A stretch of 64,000 bases of DNA from Parachlamydiales bacterium (GTDB taxonomy: Bacteria > Chlamydiota > Chlamydiia > Chlamydiales > Parachlamydiaceae): contig JAGVJP010000041.1 of the NCBI GenBank assembly GCA_020051075.1, positions 1 to 64,000 on the forward strand. The letters are read 5' to 3'. Of this stretch, positions 58,928-64,000 are shown piece after piece (position 1 is the stretch's first letter; every line of letters begins with the position of its first letter). A model generated the notes under the pieces. That model was not told the DNA's origin. It ran no database searches and was given only the letters and a program-made list of their open reading frames with translations. The position numbers were made by a program, and so were the translations under genes.

Positions 58928-59245
58928 TTAACTAGAGATTGGTGTCTGCGAATGTTCTGGAGTGACTGGCGGATGAATCCTGACGTCATTTTTTGCTGAT
59001 GCAGGACGGAGCATGCCGATGAGGAGAATAGCGAGCAGACAAACACAGCTAAACATGGAAACGGTTTTTATATTCATTGGTTTAGGAGCTATTTGAGAGG
59101 TTCCAAATCGTATGCGGAGTTGCGAAAAAAAAGAAGATACGGCTTCTGTGATTTGTGTGGTAAGAAGAGAAGGATTGGGAAATAAATTAAACGATTGTGG
59201 CCATGCGAATAGACGTCCACAGAGCTCAGGGGTAATCATGAACAT
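58928..59245 (-). CDS. Small hypothetical membrane protein
   Basis: 105-aa ORF with one hydrophobic segment, same strand as wza. Confidence 0.45.
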   Translation of the reverse strand: MFMITPELCGRLFAWPQSFNLFPNPSLLTTQITEAVSSFFSQLRIRFGTSQIAPKPMNIKTVSMFSCVCLLAILLIGMLRPASAKNDVRIHPPVTPEHSQTPISS

Positions 59246-59370
59246 ACCATAAAAATGTGATTACATAAGCTAACATACCAGTGATTTTTAAGAAAGGAAA
59301 AGGTTGCAAGTCAAATTGGATTTTTCCTATAATTCTAGGGTTAATAAGAATCTATGTCGGTATATAATAA

Positions 59371-62133
59371 ATGATTAATATTTCAGCTATCCGTTTTTGC
59401 TTGTTGATTCTATTTCTATCAACTTGTAAAGAAGTTCATTTGCTTTCACATGAGCAACAGCTTTCAGAGGAGAGTCAGTCAGTTGTCGAAGAAGTGGTTG
59501 ATGATGCCGGAATAAAATCGATCATCACCTACGACGCCTCAGGATGCATGAAGAAAGTCGAAAAATACAATGCTTCAGCAAAACTGATTAGCACTGTCGA
59601 CACAAAATATGATCTACAGGGTAATAAAACCCTTGAACAACATAGTGTCATCATTGAAGGAGCTCCCATTCGATTATTTACACTGCATTGGACATATGAT
59701 GCATATGGACGGATTCTTTCTGCTTCTGAAGGGAATGGCACCCCTCTCAAATCGACGCGATATGTCTATCAAGATCAGGAACGCATCTGTATGAAGATCA
59801 AGCCTGATGGGACGATTTTAACATATTGTTATAATCAAGACTGGCTGCTGGCCTCATTGAAGGCGAGTGATGACTCAGTCAATTATCTCTATCATTATGA
59901 TGAAAAAAAACGGCTTATTGAAGTGCAAGATCTGGTTCATGATCGAAAACAAACTAGGCGATATGGGAATTCTAATGAAGTCGTTGAAGAGGAGATAGGG
60001 AATGGAGTGACGATGACTCATGAGTATGACGAGTTAGGCAACCGAGTCCGCACAATATTGCCAGATCACTCGCAGATTTCATATCTGTATCGCGAAGGTT
60101 CTCTCATTCAAGTTGAACGGAAAACAAATCGCGATTCAGGAAATTTAATCTTCGAATATTCCTATGATGCGGAACTTCAACCCATACGCTTAGGTGTTTC
60201 TGGACGTGATGAGTCGGTTTATTGGAGCTATCATAAAAATGGCCAGCTCTCTTCTATAAAATCTCCTTGGTGGTCTCAGGACATCGTCCTTTCGACAGAT
60301 GATCCGATCGCCAATATCGTTCAATCGAACACTTTTGATACTGCTGGCAGTCGTCATGATATTTTTGAATACTCTGAAGATGGACAGCTCCTGAATGAGG
60401 AAGGGCATCAGTATGCTTATGATTCACTATGGAATAGAGTAGGACATAATGGAGAAATATGGGAAAGCAATTCTCTCAATCAACTTGTCCGCAATCCTCA
60501 GGCAATTTGCTCTTATAATGACAATGGATGTTTGTCTTCGAAACAAACGCCTGATGCAACATACCACTTGACTTATGATGCTCTCGATCGACTCATACGT
60601 GTCGAGAAAGATGGAGAGTTTGCTTCTGAGTATATTTACGATTCTTTTAACCGGCAAATTGAACGATATGGCCTACAAAAGGGAAAAGAGGGATGGAACA
60701 TAACGTCATCTGATAGATATCTTTACGATGGGTTAAAGGAAATCGGTAGAATGAATCAGGAAGGGTGCATCGTTGAATTCAGGCTGCTAGGACACGGTCA
60801 AGGAGCTGAATTAGGTGCCGCCATAGTCATCGAATTAAATGGCCATTCCTACTTTCCTGTACACGATCATCGAGGGTCTGTACGCTGCCTTGTCGACTTG
60901 GATAATGGGCAGCCTATCGAAAACTATACCTATTCAAGCTATGGCGTGGACACCTCTTTTGACCATAAAGGGGAGGCCCTCTCTATTTCGTCACTTGCGA
61001 ATCCTTGGAGATTTTATAGCAAGCGGACAGATGGGATGAGTCAGCTAGTTAATTTCGGCTTTCGATGGTATGACCCGCAACTTGCGAAGTGGATTAGTCC
61101 AGATCCCTTATTCTCGCAAGATTGTCCCAACCTCTATGCTTTTGTTAAAAATGACCCTGTGAATTCACACGATCTATATGGACTCTTTTCAGCAAATGCC
61201 TTGTTCGATTGGGTCTTCCTCCGCTTTTTCTCATTGCTTCGCGATCTTCAAACATCGATTCATCAATACAGGGTAGATGTCAATGATGAGTTGAAAATTT
61301 CTGCTCAATGGAATGATTGGTTTGAAGTTGTTGGAAGACATCTTTTTGGGCAAACCTATGATCTGATGGGCTATAGCCATGAAAGAACTCGCTACTCTTC
61401 GTATGGTCAAGGGGAAATCAGCGACAAAGTTCGCGTCACCTTCATTAATGGGATATTGACCACTCCAGCAATGCTTGCTGAAAATCTGGAGCTTATTTCT
61501 ACGACGCACGGCAATGTCAATGTCCATTACGTTTTCAGACCAACTGAAGGATGGGTATGGGATATTTCAAGGGCTATATTGATCAAAGCGGCCTATTGGC
61601 TAGGTTTCCGTTCAGGCCATGCTCACATTTTAAAGTCTCTCTGGAGAGAGTTGATTCAGGATATGGGTGGAGTAGATGGTGGAGGGGTCATTGTCCATTA
61701 TGCACACAGCCTTGGCGCCACCGAAACAGACCGTGCGCGTGAGTTATTAACTCCTGAGGAGCAGAAAATGATCCGCGTCATCACCTGCGGGCCTGCGACT
61801 TACGTGCGGAATATCGGTTTTCAGAGTGTTATCAATCATGTAAGCATCGATGATGGCGTTGGGAATAACTATTTATTTGAGCCGATTGGAATGATTCGCT
61901 TTCACTTTGGTGATCCTCTTTTAGATGTTCGCTTCCATGGAAATCCTTATGATTGGCCCGGTTTTCTGATGGATCATGGCTTTTGTGGATCGACCTACGG
62001 CCCCCTTGTTGCAGAGTCTGGGATTGATTTTCTCGCTGAATTTGCAGACGGTATCACTCCACAACCACAAAGTCACCGAGATAAGGAAAAAAAGAACAAA
62101 AAACAGTTACAAGATAAGCAGGATCGTAACTAG
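59371..62133 (+). CDS. RHS/YD-repeat protein with C-terminal alpha/beta-hydrolase-like (DUF687-like) domain
   Basis: YD repeats; RHS core RWYDPQLAKWISPDP..NLYAFVKNDPVNSHDLYGL; C-terminal TFINGI and HYAHSLG. Confidence 0.88.
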   Translation: MINISAIRFCLLILFLSTCKEVHLLSHEQQLSEESQSVVEEVVDDAGIKSIITYDASGCMKKVEKYNASAKLISTVDTKYDLQGNKTLEQHSVIIEGAPIRLFTLHWTYDAYGRILSASEGNGTPLKSTRYVYQDQERICMKIKPDGTILTYCYNQDWLLASLKASDDSVNYLYHYDEKKRLIEVQDLVHDRKQTRRYGNSNEVVEEEIGNGVTMTHEYDELGNRVRTILPDHSQISYLYREGSLIQVERKTNRDSGNLIFEYSYDAELQPIRLGVSGRDESVYWSYHKNGQLSSIKSPWWSQDIVLSTDDPIANIVQSNTFDTAGSRHDIFEYSEDGQLLNEEGHQYAYDSLWNRVGHNGEIWESNSLNQLVRNPQAICSYNDNGCLSSKQTPDATYHLTYDALDRLIRVEKDGEFASEYIYDSFNRQIERYGLQKGKEGWNITSSDRYLYDGLKEIGRMNQEGCIVEFRLLGHGQGAELGAAIVIELNGHSYFPVHDHRGSVRCLVDLDNGQPIENYTYSSYGVDTSFDHKGEALSISSLANPWRFYSKRTDGMSQLVNFGFRWYDPQLAKWISPDPLFSQDCPNLYAFVKNDPVNSHDLYGLFSANALFDWVFLRFFSLLRDLQTSIHQYRVDVNDELKISAQWNDWFEVVGRHLFGQTYDLMGYSHERTRYSSYGQGEISDKVRVTFINGILTTPAMLAENLELISTTHGNVNVHYVFRPTEGWVWDISRAILIKAAYWLGFRSGHAHILKSLWRELIQDMGGVDGGGVIVHYAHSLGATETDRARELLTPEEQKMIRVITCGPATYVRNIGFQSVINHVSIDDGVGNNYLFEPIGMIRFHFGDPLLDVRFHGNPYDWPGFLMDHGFCGSTYGPLVAESGIDFLAEFADGITPQPQSHRDKEKKNKKQLQDKQDRN

Positions 62134-63933
62134 CTACAACAACTCTCTCACTCTCCGAAGTTGGGTACGGCGGATCTGACGTCTAGGAGGGATGGCTTGG
62201 AATAGAGCGATATTCGTAAGCGCTTCTTCAATAAATCCTAAATACCGCCGGCGTTCATCTGGCGTCAATGCTGTTACATCTTCATCGTCTAATTGTTGGA
62301 TGTTCAATAGTTGAAGGCGCTTAAAATCAATCAGTTGTGCTTCAAGTACAGCACTTCTCAAATTCCTGTTAATGACCGGACTGACAAGGGCTCCTCGTTC
62401 CCATTGACGCACGGGCTCCAAATTCTGTGTAATTTTGTCGATAGCATGATTCAATTGATCTTCAGTCATTTTATTTCTTTCAGGCCAGTACATCTCTTGC
62501 AATCTCATTAATTCATCCTGATTGTCGATGAGTTGGTCGATGAGTTGTATTTGTGGCTCAACTGTGTTGGTAATGTAGCCGAGCCAAAAATTTAATGTAT
62601 CCACTTTTCTTTCAAGCGCTCTGCTGCTAATCCTCTCATCGATGTTCGGATAATCTTCGGGATTCTCTTCAGAAGCGCGTACTGGCGCAAGTTTCTCTCT
62701 GATAAAAAGAATATCACCCCTGACTCTGGCTTTTTCCGCTCTTACCTCGTTCATTGTCTGAGGGGTTATTTGTGGGAGTTCGGAGAGCAGGGTGACTAGC
62801 CTTCCCTGATCCTGCATTAAACCATCGCGTTGACGCAGTGTGTTCACCAAAGTGACCTTCGCTTGAGCGCTATTCAACGTTCTTTGGAGCTGGCTTGAGT
62901 CCCCTCCAGCTTTGTTTACAGCGGTCACCATGCTACTCAATAGCATTGGTACCCGCGATAACCACTGCATGTACATCGCACCCCCTGCTTTGTCTCTCGG
63001 ATCTTTTATCGTTGAATCAATGGTTGGTTTTTCCTGTGTTGTCCCTTCAGCAGATTGGATGAGATTCTCTTTAAGCTCCCGTATGACACTGTATCTACGG
63101 TCTTTGCTCGTGACAAACCGGCCGAAGGTGCTATGTATCCCCGGTATTTTGGAGTTGTCTTGAAGCAATGCACTCAATGAAGGGCTGAGATCGACGATGT
63201 CCTTGACAGTTGAAGCATATTGAATATAGGCACCTGATTCTGCTCCCCAGAAATGGTCGTAAACGTCGAGAGTTGCTTGGATTCCTCCACCCTGATCTTC
63301 AACTGCTTTCAGGGTTTGACTGACGCTTTCTTCAAATTGGGAAATGAATTCAAGTTTTGTTATGTAAGAATCAAGTAAGTCCTGATCTTGTTGTGATAAT
63401 TTGGTGTTGTTTGTCCGATAAGCATTCAGCACAGCGATCTCGATCTGTGTTTGAATGTTGTGGTTGTGGAGTGTGTTGCTGATTTCTTTTTTGATATTTA
63501 TGAGAGCGGGGGAGGTGATCTCATAGCTTGATGAAGTCGCTTCTGTAGAAGTTGTTCGAGAAGATGAACTTGCATAGGCCGTACTAGAAGCACTGGAAGA
63601 GCTAGAAGAGCTGGAAGAAGAGGTTGAGCCACTTCCTTCGGGCTCTTTGACTTCCCAATCGACGACTGGATCAAGAGTTTGAAAAGGTTTTCCTTCAACG
63701 GGTGAAATGCTCCGCCGCTCCAGAGTTGGTGAATGTGTTAAATCGATTAAGTCATGATCGCGCAAAGGGGTGTGACCAACTTCTTCGCTTTCTTGGTTCG
63801 ATAGCGCCTGCTGTTGTAACTCTGTTAACGGAGAAGGTGGGGGAGTGATTTTTGATAATTCATCATTTCCAGTCTCTCCCCAACCTGAAAGATGTTCCAA
63901 AGAGCCATTGGAGTCAGTAACATTGAATGTCAT
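62134..63933 (-). CDS. Hypothetical protein with Ser-rich disordered N-terminus (candidate T3SS effector)
   Basis: 599-aa ORF with poly-Ser tract and helical C-terminal part. Confidence 0.75.
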   Translation of the reverse strand: MTFNVTDSNGSLEHLSGWGETGNDELSKITPPPSPLTELQQQALSNQESEEVGHTPLRDHDLIDLTHSPTLERRSISPVEGKPFQTLDPVVDWEVKEPEGSGSTSSSSSSSSSSASSTAYASSSSRTTSTEATSSSYEITSPALINIKKEISNTLHNHNIQTQIEIAVLNAYRTNNTKLSQQDQDLLDSYITKLEFISQFEESVSQTLKAVEDQGGGIQATLDVYDHFWGAESGAYIQYASTVKDIVDLSPSLSALLQDNSKIPGIHSTFGRFVTSKDRRYSVIRELKENLIQSAEGTTQEKPTIDSTIKDPRDKAGGAMYMQWLSRVPMLLSSMVTAVNKAGGDSSQLQRTLNSAQAKVTLVNTLRQRDGLMQDQGRLVTLLSELPQITPQTMNEVRAEKARVRGDILFIREKLAPVRASEENPEDYPNIDERISSRALERKVDTLNFWLGYITNTVEPQIQLIDQLIDNQDELMRLQEMYWPERNKMTEDQLNHAIDKITQNLEPVRQWERGALVSPVINRNLRSAVLEAQLIDFKRLQLLNIQQLDDEDVTALTPDERRRYLGFIEEALTNIALFQAIPPRRQIRRTQLRRVRELL

Positions 63934-64000
63934 AAAAAGTATCCTTGTTTTTATAGAATATATTTACGTATATTTATAAATACGATTATACAATATTTTT

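Overview
This window looks like chromosomal DNA from an environmental Chlamydiae bacterium (Parachlamydiaceae/Protochlamydia-like). That call is inferred from the chlamydial-type hrcA-grpE-dnaK operon with CIRCE, CT623-like and Pom-like outer-membrane proteins, and eukaryote-like effector candidates. Core content: an atypical cbb3-type oxidase locus (ccoN, enlarged ccoO, ccoS-like, heme-less ccoP stub), a Bat (VWA/TPR) operon, an AGCS transporter plus DapF-like epimerase operon, thrC, the heat-shock operon, a large NAD-glutamate dehydrogenase, VIT1 plus a P1B ATPase, an M18 aminopeptidase, serS, an MFS-acyltransferase, a UDP-glucuronate epimerase, parB, a Zn-ADH, wza and an RHS protein. I saw no rRNA, tRNA, CRISPR array or intact transposase. 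The most striking unexplained structure is at gene boundaries. (1) Several families of long inverted repeats have arms built from short tandem units (CAGGATA-, TGGAC-, GCCCGA- and AAGATT-type). There are about 10 CAGGATA copies, and some supply stop codons to neighbouring genes. (2) A four-helix-bundle (23S-IVS-protein-like) gene is enclosed by a 59-bp inverted repeat, with a decayed solo copy of that repeat nearby. (3) Two AAA-DUF4143 genes are each preceded by tandem 32-33-bp palindromic units. (4) Many 3'-end gene fragments (AAA ATPase, wHTH, nucleotidyltransferase/antitoxin, asd/thrB) sit inside operons. All family assignments come from motif recognition only; no database searches were run.
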